Assembly: GCF_000142905.1 (NCBI RefSeq)
Contig: NW_013657677.1
Location: forward strand, 434,001 to 498,000
DNA from: Thecamonas trahens ATCC 50062
Taxonomy: Eukaryota > Protista > Apusomonadida
Length of the DNA stretch: 64,000 nucleotides
Direction of reading: 5' to 3'
Under the pieces are notes generated by a model. It did not search any database and was not told the origin of the DNA. It saw nothing but the letters and a program-made list of their open reading frames with translations. This document shows positions 31,176 through 41,905 of this stretch, piece by piece (position 1 is the first letter of the stretch; each line of letters opens with the position of its first letter). The translations under genes and the position numbers were made by a program.

Positions 31176-33443
31176 CTAGGAGCGTACACGGCGGAGCATG
31201 CGGCGCTGGTTAGTGTGCTCGTAGGCGCCGCGCGAGATGGAGGCACCGATGGCGCGGCGGATGGTGTACTCCTTGTAACCGGCCTGAACCAGCTGGGTCT
31301 CGATGCGCTGCAGCGGCGCGGTGTGGCCGAGGGGAAGGATCTTGGCGAGGTGACGCTCGCAGTTCTCGAGAGCCACCTTCTCTTCTTCGGAGATGGGCCC
31401 CATGTCGAGGTGGCCCGACTCTGCAGCGTCGAGTGTGGAGACGCGGAAGAGGCGGAGGGCCTCATCGACGTGGCGTGGTTCTGCGACGGTAGCGAGCTCC
31501 ATCTTGGCGAGCGACTCTGCAATGCGGACGATGGCCTCGAGCTGACGGACGGTGATGGGGAAGGTGGCCATTTGGCCCGACTGGCGGGCAGCCTCGCGGA
31601 CAGAGGAGCGAATATTGACGTACTGGTTGGCGAGCGAGTCGGCGGCGGCCTGGGAGAGGCGCGGCGAGACCTTGGAGCGGGCGTAGGCGACGTACTTCTT
31701 GAGGAGCGGGATGGGCAGATCACCGACGGTCCGCTCGATCTCAAGCGATTTGTGGATGGAGATGACGTGCTGGGCGATGCGACGGTCGTTGGCCTCATTC
31801 TTCTGGTCGCGGACGATAAAGATGAGGTCGAAACGCGAGAGGATGGTGCCGCGGAAGTCGATCTGCTCTGCGGCGGACTTTGTCTCGTCGTACTTGCCAA
31901 ACACCGGGTTTGCGGCGGCAAGGACGGAAGTCCGCGAGTTGAGGATTGTGGTGATGCCAGCCTTGGCGATGGAGATGGTCTGCTGCTCCATGGCCTCGTG
32001 GATGGCGACGCGGTCCTCTTCGCGCATCTTGTCAAACTCGTCGATGCAGACAACGCCGCCGTCGGCAAGAACCATGGCGCCGGCCTCGAGGTAAAACTCG
32101 CGCGACGACGGGTCCTTGATGACCGAGGCGGTGAGACCTGCGGCGGACGAGCCCTTGCCCGAGGTGTAGACGGCGATGGGCGCGACCTTTTCGACAAACT
32201 TGAGGAATTGCGACTTGCCTGTTCCGGGGTCACCGAGCAGTAGAACGTTGATGTCGCCACGCAAGCGCATGCCGTCGGGCAGCTGCTTGCGGGCGCCGCC
32301 AAAGAGGAGGCAGGCGATGGCCTTCTTGATGTCTTCGTGGCCAAAGATGGCCGGGTCAATCGAGTCCGCAATGTGGTTATAGATGTTGGGCTGCTCCGAA
32401 ATGGCGCGGAGCTCCTCCTCCTCTTCGGGGGTGAACGAGGTGGAGGCGCGGCCGGTGCCATCCTCGTCGATGCGCATGCCGATGACGCGGACGTACGGCG
32501 AGGGGAGGCCGGCCGAGCGCGAGCGGCGGGTGGCGCCGGAAAAGGTGGTGTACTCGCCGGCGAGAGCGACCCGGGTTCCGGGCACAACCTTGTCAACCAG
32601 GTTGCGGTCGACTGAGAGGAGGACCTGGCGCGGCATCTCACCGGTGGGCACGTCCTCAGGCGACTCCTGGAGCTTGAGCGTCTGCTGGTCGACGTAGTCG
32701 GACTTGTCGGCGACAATGAGGTACGGATCGAGGCCGCAGTCGTCTCCCTGGCCCTGGCGGGCGCGGAGGCACTTACGCGGGACGACGATGCCCGAGAAGC
32801 CGAGCCGGCCCTTGAGCAACTGCTCGTCGGCGCAGGTCCGGCAACGGACGACGATGCCGGCGGCCTTGGCGCGGGTCCGCGACGCCGAGATGACGATGCC
32901 ACGGATAAAGACTAGGCGCGAGATGTGGACCGACATAAGGTCCCGGAGCTGGATGGGCACCGACGTGGTCTGCAGCATGACCTGGATGTCGGCAATAGCC
33001 GGGCTGCCGCCGGCGGCGCCTGCGCCGCCCAGCCCGCCGCCCACGCCACCCGCAGCGCCCTCCTTACCCGCCGCCAGCGGGTCGTCGTCAGGCAGCGCGC
33101 CGCCCGAGCCTCCGGGCGCAAAAATCTGCTTGGCCGCGTCCTTGGCCGCCAGCTCAAACTGCTCCACATACTCTGCCGGCGCCTCAACCAGGGTGTCGGC
33201 CAGCGCCTCGTCGTAGGCCTTGAGGTGCTCGAGCTGGACCTCGAGCTGGTACTTGCGGAGGACGTAGTTGGCCCGGAGCTGGTCGCGGTAGGTAAAGACG
33301 TTACCGTCACGGAAGTTGCGAATAAAGTTGAGGAACTTGGCCCGGGCGTCCGAAGGCTGCAGCGATGCCGCCGACCGGGGGACGAGCTCCTGGTCCGAGG
33401 TGAAAATTTGCCCAGCATCAAAGCCGGTGGCCACACCCGCCAT
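31176..33443 (-). CDS. MCM5: DNA replication licensing factor MCM5
   Basis: RGDINVLLLGDPGTGKSQFLK, SGKGSSAAGLTASV, IDEFDKM, TILSRFD, ITVRQLEAIVR, LDPY, Zn finger; start MAGVATGFDAG. Confidence 0.96.
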   Translation of the reverse strand: MAGVATGFDAGQIFTSDQELVPRSAASLQPSDARAKFLNFIRNFRDGNVFTYRDQLRANYVLRKYQLEVQLEHLKAYDEALADTLVEAPAEYVEQFELAAKDAAKQIFAPGGSGGALPDDDPLAAGKEGAAGGVGGGLGGAGAAGGSPAIADIQVMLQTTSVPIQLRDLMSVHISRLVFIRGIVISASRTRAKAAGIVVRCRTCADEQLLKGRLGFSGIVVPRKCLRARQGQGDDCGLDPYLIVADKSDYVDQQTLKLQESPEDVPTGEMPRQVLLSVDRNLVDKVVPGTRVALAGEYTTFSGATRRSRSAGLPSPYVRVIGMRIDEDGTGRASTSFTPEEEEELRAISEQPNIYNHIADSIDPAIFGHEDIKKAIACLLFGGARKQLPDGMRLRGDINVLLLGDPGTGKSQFLKFVEKVAPIAVYTSGKGSSAAGLTASVIKDPSSREFYLEAGAMVLADGGVVCIDEFDKMREEDRVAIHEAMEQQTISIAKAGITTILNSRTSVLAAANPVFGKYDETKSAAEQIDFRGTILSRFDLIFIVRDQKNEANDRRIAQHVISIHKSLEIERTVGDLPIPLLKKYVAYARSKVSPRLSQAAADSLANQYVNIRSSVREAARQSGQMATFPITVRQLEAIVRIAESLAKMELATVAEPRHVDEALRLFRVSTLDAAESGHLDMGPISEEEKVALENCERHLAKILPLGHTAPLQRIETQLVQAGYKEYTIRRAIGASISRGAYEHTNQRRMLRRVRS

Positions 33444-33599
33444 GGTTGGATGGGGAGGGGAGGGGTAGAGGGAGGGGTAGCGGTGTACGAGGGGGGGGGG
33501 GGGAGGGGAGGGGAAGATGGGGTGGCGATGGGGTTGATAGGGTTGATGGGGTGGAGGGGGAGGGGGGGGAGGGGGGGGGTAGTGGGTGAGACGATGAAA

Positions 33600-33765
33600 A
33601 CGGTGGCTGGTGGCTGGCAATGATGGTGGCTGGTGGCTGGCAATGGTGGTTGGCGGTGGCCGGGCGGTGGCTGGCAATGGTTGGCGGTGGCTGGCTGGCT
33701 GGCTGGCCGGCTGATTGGTGGCCGTTCGTTCGGTCGTTCGTTCGTTCGTTCGTTGGTTTGTTGGT
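33600..33765. repeat. Simple repeats (GGTGGCT, GGCT, TTCG units) in the divergent MCM5/HECT intergenic region
   Basis: Directly visible tandem units. Confidence 0.8.
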
Positions 33766-33800
33766 AAATGGCAGGTGATTTGCAATTGCCTCAGTGCCAC

Positions 33801-33812
33801 TTTGGCGCCAAA
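33801..33812. promoter_or_regulatory. Palindromic E2F-type site TTTGGCGCCAAA upstream of MCM5
   Basis: Matches TTTSSCGC on both strands, about 360 nt upstream of the MCM5 ATG. Confidence 0.55.
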
Positions 33813-33891
33813 CCAGTCTCTCTGCTGCAGTACGGCGACTGCGTTGCGCACTGCACCCCACAGGCAAGACCACGTCTCCCGAACCACGGCT

Positions 33892-36800
33892 ATGGCACAG
33901 GGCATGCTGCGAACGCACGGCAGTGTGCTGGAGGAGGTGAACGGGCGAGATGGTCGGGCGTCGCATCCGGTGACGCCGACGAAGGAGGCGATGGCGCTCG
34001 GTGGCGGGCTGGCGACCGAGACATTCTGGTCGCCGATGGGCGAGGCTGGGGACGCGGTCTCGGTCGCATCGTCGTGCTGGTCGCCGGACAGCAGCAACGC
34101 GAGGCAGGGCGAGGCCGAGACTGACGGCTCGTTGCTCTTCTCGGCGTCGTCGTCGTCAATTCTGGTCGAGTCGCTGTTCTCGTCGCCAGACGGTGGCAAC
34201 GTGAGAGGCGGCGCCGGCGCCGCCGATGGCGGCAGCTCGCTGGACTTTCCGCTGTTTGAAGTCCGGTCTGGCTCACCGCCGGCATCGCCGAATGCCGACA
34301 AGGAGCCGTGGACGGCCTCGGTCTCATACTCGGTCTCGCCGTCGGTCTCGCCGTCTCTGCGTGAGGTGCGGCGCGAGGCCGCGGCACTCGGCAGCAGCAG
34401 CCTCCCGCGGATGAGCCACGCGCAGATCTCCAGCCTCCCGCACGCCACTCAGGTCGCGTACATGACCATGCAGCGTGCAGCGCTGGCAGCGGCCGAGGCG
34501 CAGCTCGCGCTCGAGTCACTCGCGGTCCAAGGCGGCTCGCAGGGCGCCCTCGACCGGCTAGCGCAGGTGCTCGAGGCAAAGAACGCCGAAGCCCGGAAGC
34601 AGCTGGCCGCTTTCGAGGCTGCGTACGGACGGACGCTGGCGCCGGCAGCGCCGCAGACGTATGACAGTGCGTGGATCTGCGCCCAGGCGCCGGCTACGCC
34701 CGAAATGCACTCGGGCGGGCACCTCCCGCTCGGGCTCAAGACCCACGAGGCGTTCCGGGCCGACGCGGAGCTGGGCGATGAGTTTGAGCTCGTCGACAGC
34801 GATGCAGTCTCTGGGCCAGGTAGCGTGGTGCTGATGCAGGAACGGACAACAGGAGTGGAGGTTCTGGTGCGGAGCTTCCGCACCTCGACGCCGCACGAAT
34901 GGCACGCGCTCATCCGGCACCTGTCGGCGCTGCAGCGACTGAGCCACCCGGCGGTAGCGCGGCTGGTGGCCTTTTACCGCAGCGGCGGCTCGCGGACAAG
35001 CTGGCAGGTGGCGGTCCCGGCTGTGGCACACGCGTCAGTGAGCCGTTGGATGGCCGAGCTCGCCGAGTCGGCGCACACGGCGCGGGCGCAGCACGAGATC
35101 AAGCTCACATTTCTGCGGCAGCTTGCGAGCGCCGTCCACTACGTCCATGAAGCCGGCATTGCCGGGCTCAACCTCACCACTCCCGGCGCCGTGGTGGTCA
35201 CTGCCGACGGCTCGCCGGTGCTCTGCGACTTTAGCGCGTCGTCCGACCCGGTCAACTCGCTGAGCAATACGCCGACCCGGGAGCTTGCCGTGCCGAGCGG
35301 TGGCGGCGACGCGCTGCTGCCGGCGCGGGCGCGCGATCTCGCAGAGCTCGGCGACCTCGCGGTGGCCCTCTTTGCCGAGCTCACCGGAGGCGGGCCGGTG
35401 GTCCGGGTCGACGGCGAACGGGCGGTGTGGGCGGCGAGGAGAGTGGCGGCCGAGGCACCGCTCCTCGCCTCGTTCCTCGCCTATCTCCTGCAGCCGACAA
35501 GCCAGCTCGAGGCGGCGCTGGCGAGCGTGCCCGGCGCTGGCGGAAGCATCCTGCTCCGGCATCCGCTGTTTGTGGCGCCGGTCGCGCCCAGCATCGGGTG
35601 CGAGCCGTCGGCGTACAACGCGAAGGAAGTCCGACTGGTGGCGCTGTTCAAGAAAATCCGCGCGCGAGTCTACAACGCCGGCAGGGCCAAGGTCGGCAAG
35701 ATCATCATCCGGCGGATGTACCTAGTCCGCGACGCGCTCAACGTCTTCCAGAAAATTGCAGTCCTCGACCGGCCTGACTGGTGCTTCCGGCTCAACGTGG
35801 CTTTTGACGGTGAGCGCGGCGTCGACGCCGGTGGGCTCTCGTCGGACATGTTCACCCACGTCTTCCGTGCCCTCATCCACACACCGTTTCCGTACCGGTC
35901 GGCGCGGAGCAGTGCCGGCGACGACGACGACGACGAGTTTGGCAGCGTGCCCGGGGGCTATGTCAAGTTCCGCGGCAAGCCGCTGTTTGAGGTTGCCGAC
36001 GGTGGCGCCATGCCTGTGGCGCTCCCGCTTGGCGAGCCCTGCATCGACGCGGTCATGGACGCGCACGACATGGCCAAGGCGTTCCATTCGATCGGGCTTG
36101 TCCTCGGCAAGTGCTTTCTCGACGGCTTCCTCATCGAAGACGTCTTTGCGCGCCCGCTGTACAGCTACCTCCTTGCGGCAGCACCGGCTATGGCCGGATG
36201 CAAGCTGGCAGCGGCCGGCGGCGAGGCAGAGATGCTGAGCGCGCTGTCGGCGGCGGCGGCCGAGACGAGCGCCAAGCTCGCGCTTGGGCTCGACGACCTT
36301 GCGGCGTTTGATCCTGTCAAGGCCGCGGCGCTTGGCGAGCTACTCAACGTAGCCGCGCCCGAAGAGCTGTACCTCTCGTTCCTCGATGTGGCGCCCGGGG
36401 CCAAGAGTGGCGGGACGGTGACGCGCGAGCGGACGTCGGCGTACGTGGCGGCAGTGGTGAGGCACGACTTGCTTGGGCGTGGGCGAGCCGAGTCGCTGGC
36501 GGCCATTGCGTGTGGATTCTATGACGTCATTGCGCCGCTTCTTGGCGACGAGATGGTCCTTCTCTCGCCGACGTCGCTGCAGGCGCTCCTCTGCGGCGCC
36601 AAGGTTGTCGACGTGGAGGAGGTGGTAGCCAAGCTCGAGTTTATCGAGTATCCTGATGACGAGACCGCGAGCCTTGCAAAGGCGCAACTCGTCGCGGTCC
36701 TCCGCAAGTGGGGTACTGAGGCGATGCAGCACGTTAAGGCGTTCCTCGAGTACGCCACGGCAGCGCCGATGGTGCCCGAGGGTAAGATTCGCGTGCAGCA

Positions 36801-36945
36801 CGTGGCGGCGAGCGAGCTGCTGCCGGCGGCTCACACCTGCCATGCGGTCATCGACCTCCCACTCTACGGGTCGACCGACGAGCTCGAGGCCAAGTTCCTC
36901 ACCGCGTTTGACAACGGGCTTGGATCCGAGTTTGGGCTCGCATGA
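33892..36945 (+). CDS. Pseudokinase-HECT E3 ubiquitin ligase fusion
   Basis: Degenerate kinase (VLVRSF, LQRLSHPAVARL, LRQLASAVHYVH, LCDFS); HECT LNVAFDGERGVDAGGL...LPAAHTCHAVIDLPLY...FGLA. Confidence 0.85.
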   Translation: MAQGMLRTHGSVLEEVNGRDGRASHPVTPTKEAMALGGGLATETFWSPMGEAGDAVSVASSCWSPDSSNARQGEAETDGSLLFSASSSSILVESLFSSPDGGNVRGGAGAADGGSSLDFPLFEVRSGSPPASPNADKEPWTASVSYSVSPSVSPSLREVRREAAALGSSSLPRMSHAQISSLPHATQVAYMTMQRAALAAAEAQLALESLAVQGGSQGALDRLAQVLEAKNAEARKQLAAFEAAYGRTLAPAAPQTYDSAWICAQAPATPEMHSGGHLPLGLKTHEAFRADAELGDEFELVDSDAVSGPGSVVLMQERTTGVEVLVRSFRTSTPHEWHALIRHLSALQRLSHPAVARLVAFYRSGGSRTSWQVAVPAVAHASVSRWMAELAESAHTARAQHEIKLTFLRQLASAVHYVHEAGIAGLNLTTPGAVVVTADGSPVLCDFSASSDPVNSLSNTPTRELAVPSGGGDALLPARARDLAELGDLAVALFAELTGGGPVVRVDGERAVWAARRVAAEAPLLASFLAYLLQPTSQLEAALASVPGAGGSILLRHPLFVAPVAPSIGCEPSAYNAKEVRLVALFKKIRARVYNAGRAKVGKIIIRRMYLVRDALNVFQKIAVLDRPDWCFRLNVAFDGERGVDAGGLSSDMFTHVFRALIHTPFPYRSARSSAGDDDDDEFGSVPGGYVKFRGKPLFEVADGGAMPVALPLGEPCIDAVMDAHDMAKAFHSIGLVLGKCFLDGFLIEDVFARPLYSYLLAAAPAMAGCKLAAAGGEAEMLSALSAAAAETSAKLALGLDDLAAFDPVKAAALGELLNVAAPEELYLSFLDVAPGAKSGGTVTRERTSAYVAAVVRHDLLGRGRAESLAAIACGFYDVIAPLLGDEMVLLSPTSLQALLCGAKVVDVEEVVAKLEFIEYPDDETASLAKAQLVAVLRKWGTEAMQHVKAFLEYATAAPMVPEGKIRVQHVAASELLPAAHTCHAVIDLPLYGSTDELEAKFLTAFDNGLGSEFGLA

Positions 36946-36991
36946 CGAGCGGTCGAGTGTAATGTTCAAGTGTAAAAGCCATGATGTGCTA

Positions 36992-38093
36992 TCATGCGAG
37001 CTTGAAAAAGGCGTGGGTGAGGGCAGCGGCGGCCGAGGGACGGTCGGCTGAGACCGGGGCGAGCAGTTGACGGGCAAGGTCGGCGGCGGCAAGCCGGACC
37101 TTGCTGCCGCCAAATGCATTAGGATCGGCGGCGGCAGCAGCGAGCAGAGCCTCGATGGTGGCGGGGTTGGAGCGGACGCCAAAGTCGTCGAGAGTGTCAG
37201 AAAAGAGACACTCGCCGAGCATGACGCCGACCGAGTACATGTCTGCAGCGAGGGTGTAGCCTCGGACACGCGAGAAGAACGACTCGTCGTCCTCGTCGTC
37301 GTCATGAACCGTGTCCATGGCCTCAACCTCGGGCGCCATGTACCCATGCGTCCCGATGCACGAGTAGTGGCCGTGGCGGGTGTTGTAAAAGGTGGAGATG
37401 TCAAAGTCGATGAGATAGACGGCCGAGGTGTCGGCGTCGATGACCACGTTGTCGGGTTTGACGTCGCGGTAAATGATGCCAGCGTCGTGGAGGATGGAGA
37501 GCGCGGTGAGCACGGCCGAAATGTAGTGGGCAACGTCAGCCATCGAGTCGCAGTCGACGCCGCGGGCATGGATGAACGGCGTGACGGTGGCAAAGCACTC
37601 GGTCTCGGGCATGGCATGCCACGAAACGAGTGGAATGATGGGGACCTGCGGGAGGTCAAGAAGCGATGCGGTAGCTGCAGCAGCCTGCATCAGTTGGACA
37701 GGCAGCGGCGGGCGAAGGGCGTCGACAGAGGTGGTCGACGCGCGGGTGGCCTTTTCCTCGGCGCGCGCCACGTACTCAAAGTACTCGGGATCGCGGATGA
37801 CCTTGACCGCAACCTCCGGGCCGCGGTGCGAGCCAAACTCGGCCTCGCCGGGCTGGGCCCGCATGTAGGCGCGGTAGACGACGACGTCAGTCCCGGTGTG
37901 GATCCGCTCGCGGAAGATGTAGTCGTCGTTGAGTAGAAAAATGTTGTTCTCGTCCTCGCGTGTAAACTCGGTGACATCGGTAGCTCCATCGTTGCCACCG
38001 TCGTCTACCGCTGCGTCGGCTGCTATGCTTGCGTCGGGCGCGAGGATGGGCTCGATGTCATGCGGCGCCGACGACTCGAGCGCCGACGACGAT

Positions 38094-38124
<31 letters not shown>

Positions 38125-38575
38125 ATGGTGATGAAGCAGCGGAAGAGAATGCAGAGGACGACGGGCGAGGGAGAGGCGAGGCTGGCGGTGAGGCCGATCG
38201 TGAGCACGCCGAGTCTGACGAAGATAACGTTGGATGGCTTTGCGGATGGCCGGCGTCGCTGGCCGACACAAAACCGTTGCCGTGGTAGGGTGGAGGGTCC
38301 GAGCGCCGGGCGCGATCCTTGATTGCGGCTGGTGAGACCGGCGGCGCGTGTGCGTTGTCGGCAGCAGCCCTGTGTGCCCGCTGAGCCTGAGCAGGAGAGA
38401 AGGCGACCGAGGAGACACGAATGGGTCGCATGCCCGCCATGACGCCGGTATACGGTCCGTCATCGGCTTGGCGCGGTTTGTGGCCAGCAGGAGACGACCC
38501 AGGCTCGGGCGCCACACCCTTGAGCGGGCGTGGGTGTCCGGGCGGAGGAGCTGCCTTACTGGCCTTGCACCCCAT
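36992..38575 (-). CDS. Ser/Thr kinase with predicted N-myristoylation/palmitoylation (MGC)
   Basis: MGCKASK; VAVK, YRDVKPDN, DFD, GTHGYMAPE, DMYSVG. Confidence 0.88.
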
Positions 38576-38783
38576 GGGTGGTGGTAGTAGGAGGGGGGAG
38601 GGGTGAGGGGGGGAGGGGGTGAGGTGAGAGGGGGAGGGGGGAGGGGAAGGGGAGGGGACAGGCACCGTCCGCCAACCGCTCGCCGGCTGCCACCCGACCG
38701 ACCGACCGACTGACGATTCGGGCGCCAACCCGCTCGCCGGCTGCCCGAGTCGGTCGGCTGGCACTCCTTCACTCTCAGTCACC

Positions 38784-40017
38784 ATGGACGAGGCTTGGGA
38801 GAAGGGCAAGAACTCGGTGTCTGAAGATGATATGGGCATGGGCCCGACAGTGATTGAAGCAGACATGGTCGACATGGATGGCCTCTCCGCAGACGACGGG
38901 GGCCGACCATCGAGGGCGTGCCACAGACCGTACGTGAGGAAGACGGGACGGCGAGGGAGGGGGACATCCACCGCCGAACGGGGGGATACCGGGAAGGCGG
39001 CGAGGAGGAGAAGGAGGAGGGGAGAGGGGGAAAGGGACTCGCGCGGGAGAGGGGGAGGGGGGGGGGGAGGGGGCAGGCGACATGGGGAGCGCAGCGCGGC
39101 TGTCGCGGTGCGTACAACTCATCGACAAGGGCGAGGGGCTACAGATTGAGGTCGTGGACGTCCCCGGTGGGGCGGTGCAGGTGACGGTGTTCGGCAGAGT
39201 CGGAGCGCCAGCGGTGGTGGCGTACGGCGACATTGGGCTGGATGTGGGCCTCTCGTTTACGCAGTTCTTCAACTACATGCCGATCCGGCGGCTGCTCTTC
39301 CCGTACTTTGCCGTCTACGCCATCGATGCGCCTGGGCAGGCTGCCGGCGAGGCCGAGATGGCGGCCGACGCACCGTATCCCGAGTTTGGCGAGCTGGTGG
39401 AGCAGGTCGGCGCGGTCATGGACGCGTTTGGGGTGGAGAGCGCAGTGTTGATGGGCGTGGGCGCGGGCGGGACGGTGCTAACCCACTTTGCACTCTCTGC
39501 GGCGCACCGGGTCAAGGGCCTGGTGGTCATTGGAGCGACACACAAAGCGCCCGGGTGGCTCGAGTGGGCGTACTCGCACGCGTCGCAGTTCTGGCTCTCG
39601 TGGTGGGGCGTCGACGGGTACGTCAAGGACCAGCTAATGCAGCGGTACTTTACCTGGCGTGAGGAGGCCGACGAGGGCGGCCTGATGCGGCTGACGTACC
39701 AGGAGGCGTTGGCCAACGTCAAGGCGACCAACCTGTGGAAGTTTATCGCGAGCTACATGGCGCGCCCGCCGCTCGACGACGCGGCGCTCGCCAGTCTCAC
39801 CACGCCGGTCATCTTCTTTGTCGGCCGTGACTCGTACTACTACGACGATGTCGTCGACTTTTTCGGCGCGTTCAACTCCGAGTCGGCCTCGTGGGTCCCG
39901 GTCTGGGGCGCAGGCAACATGGTCCACATGGAGATGCCGCAGGAGCTCGTCACTCCGCTGCGCCTCTTCTTCTACCGCTGCGGCCACGTGGCCTTTGGCC
40001 TTGCGCCGAAGGAGTAA
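38784..40017 (+). CDS. NDRG/Ndr family alpha/beta-hydrolase-like protein
   Basis: YGDIGLD, AIDAPGQ, MGVGAGG, GWLEW, GNMVHMEMP. Intron 38930..39144 (GTACGT...CTACAG). Exon 1 needs +1 G at about 38900. Confidence 0.85.
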
Positions 40018-40035
40018 AACTGCCGCATCCGCCGC

Positions 40036-40229
40036 TCACTTGCGCCCGGCCGAGTACTCGGCGAGCATGCTCTCGAGTACCGCCACCTTGGCCTTGTACT
40101 CATCGAGCGACTCGCGGAGCGTGGCGTTGTCGTGGAGCGCTCGCTGGAGCGCCGCTGCCGTCTCGGCGTGGCTCCGCGACACCCCGCCGGCGACGCCCGC
40201 AGGCGACGCCCGCCGCGCCGGTGACCCGC
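40036..40229 (-). CDS. 3' end of a hypothetical coiled-coil protein; remainder lies in or beyond the N gap
   Basis: ALQRALHDNATLRESLDEYKAKVAVLESMLAEYSAGRK* with typical GC3-rich codons. Confidence 0.55.
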
Positions 40230-40932
40230 NNNNNNNNNNNNNNNNNNNNNNNNNNNNNNNNNNNNNNNNNNNNNNNNNNNNNNNNNNNNNNNNNNNNNNN
40301 NNNNNNNNNNNNNNNNNNNNNNNNNNNNNNNNNNNNNNNNNNNNNNNNNNNNNNNNNNNNNNNNNNNNNNNNNNNNNNNNNNNNNNNNNNNNNNNNNNNN
40401 NNNNNNNNNNNNNNNNNNNNNNNNNNNNNNNNNNNNNNNNNNNNNNNNNNNNNNNNNNNNNNNNNNNNNNNNNNNNNNNNNNNNNNNNNNNNNNNNNNNN
40501 NNNNNNNNNNNNNNNNNNNNNNNNNNNNNNNNNNNNNNNNNNNNNNNNNNNNNNNNNNNNNNNNNNNNNNNNNNNNNNNNNNNNNNNNNNNNNNNNNNNN
40601 NNNNNNNNNNNNNNNNNNNNNNNNNNNNNNNNNNNNNNNNNNNNNNNNNNNNNNNNNNNNNNNNNNNNNNNNNNNNNNNNNNNNNNNNNNNNNNNNNNNN
40701 NNNNNNNNNNNNNNNNNNNNNNNNNNNNNNNNNNNNNNNNNNNNNNNNNNNNNNNNNNNNNNNNNNNNNNNNNNNNNNNNNNNNNNNNNNNNNNNNNNNN
40801 NNNNNNNNNNNNNNNNNNNNNNNNNNNNNNNNNNNNNNNNNNNNNNNNNNNNNNNNNNNNNNNNNNNNNNNNNNNNNNNNNNNNNNNNNNNNNNNNNNNN
40901 NNNNNNNNNNNNNNNNNNNNNNNNNNNNNNNN
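40230..40932. other. Largest assembly gap; others at 6007-6190, 22940-23039, 47388-47893 and 51263-51362
   Basis: N runs, mostly in tandem repeats or beside G/C homopolymers. Confidence 0.99.
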
Positions 40933-41317
40933 GGGGGGGGGGCGGCAAAGGGAGGGGGGAAACGGGGGGGTTGTGGGGGGGGGGGTGGCGATGGCGTCGT
41001 GGGGGGAGGGCGATGTGGCTGGCGTGGGGGCAGGGCTGGCTGTGGCCGGAGTGTGCGATCATTTATTTTCCGACGATGAGATGTCCGCCGTACAGATGGC
41101 GGAGAGATGGATGATGGGTGAGGTTGAGGATGGGGAAGCCGGTGGAGAAAGGTGAGCGGCGGGCGTAGGTGATGGTGTGACGGGGGAGGGAGGGGAGGGG
41201 AGCTGTTGGGATCCGATCGTACTACGGTTGGTGCGGCCAGTCGGCGGAGCGGTGTCCGTCCGAGGCACGGGCGCGGTCATGGTGTCCCACACCTATCTCA
41301 CCCCTCTCCCCGCCGCT

Positions 41318-41905
41318 ATGACCAAGACCGCCAAGCCGCAGAGCGGCAAGAACCCCATGGGCATTGTCTCAGTCGTCATGCTCAACTTGCCGTTCCCTGC
41401 GGTCATGCTTGCCGTGGACGCCCTCGGCTACATGGCGACGGCCGAGGCGGCGCTGCAGGGGCTCGTGCCTGGCGGACAGCTGACGTCACTGGCGGCGTTT
41501 GGCATGGGGGCCATCGCCTTCCATCTGCTTAACGGCTGGCTCGGGGCGTGCGTGAACGGGGCGCGTGCGGCGTACGACGTCCCGTGGCCGCACGCTTACG
41601 CACCGACCGACAACAAGCACAAGATCCTGTTCGACTCAACGCAGCGGGCGCACCAGAACACCGTCGAGGGCGCTGTCCCGCTCCTGGTCTCGTTCCTCCT
41701 CGCCTCGCGCTCGTACCCGGCCATCGCGCTGCTTTGCTTCCTGACCTTTATCGCCTCGCGCATCCCCTTTGCCCTCGGCTACATGTCGGGCATTGTCTCG
41801 CGCAAGGACTCGGGCGTCTTTGGCTACCCGCTGGGCAAGATGCCGCTCTTTGGCCTCGCCGTCGTCACCGTCGTCGACGCCGTCGTCCACGGCACCGATT
41901 GGTGA
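41318..41905 (+). CDS. MAPEG family protein (microsomal GST3-like)
   Basis: ARAAYDVPWPHAYA, FDSTQRAHQNTVE, SRIPFALGY; TM helices. Confidence 0.85.
   Translation: MTKTAKPQSGKNPMGIVSVVMLNLPFPAVMLAVDALGYMATAEAALQGLVPGGQLTSLAAFGMGAIAFHLLNGWLGACVNGARAAYDVPWPHAYAPTDNKHKILFDSTQRAHQNTVEGAVPLLVSFLLASRSYPAIALLCFLTFIASRIPFALGYMSGIVSRKDSGVFGYPLGKMPLFGLAVVTVVDAVVHGTDW

Noticed and set aside
33444-34448. 335-aa N-terminal extension of MCM5 in the ORF track
   Set aside because: It runs through simple repeats and antisense to the HECT gene; conserved MCM5 sequence starts at 33443
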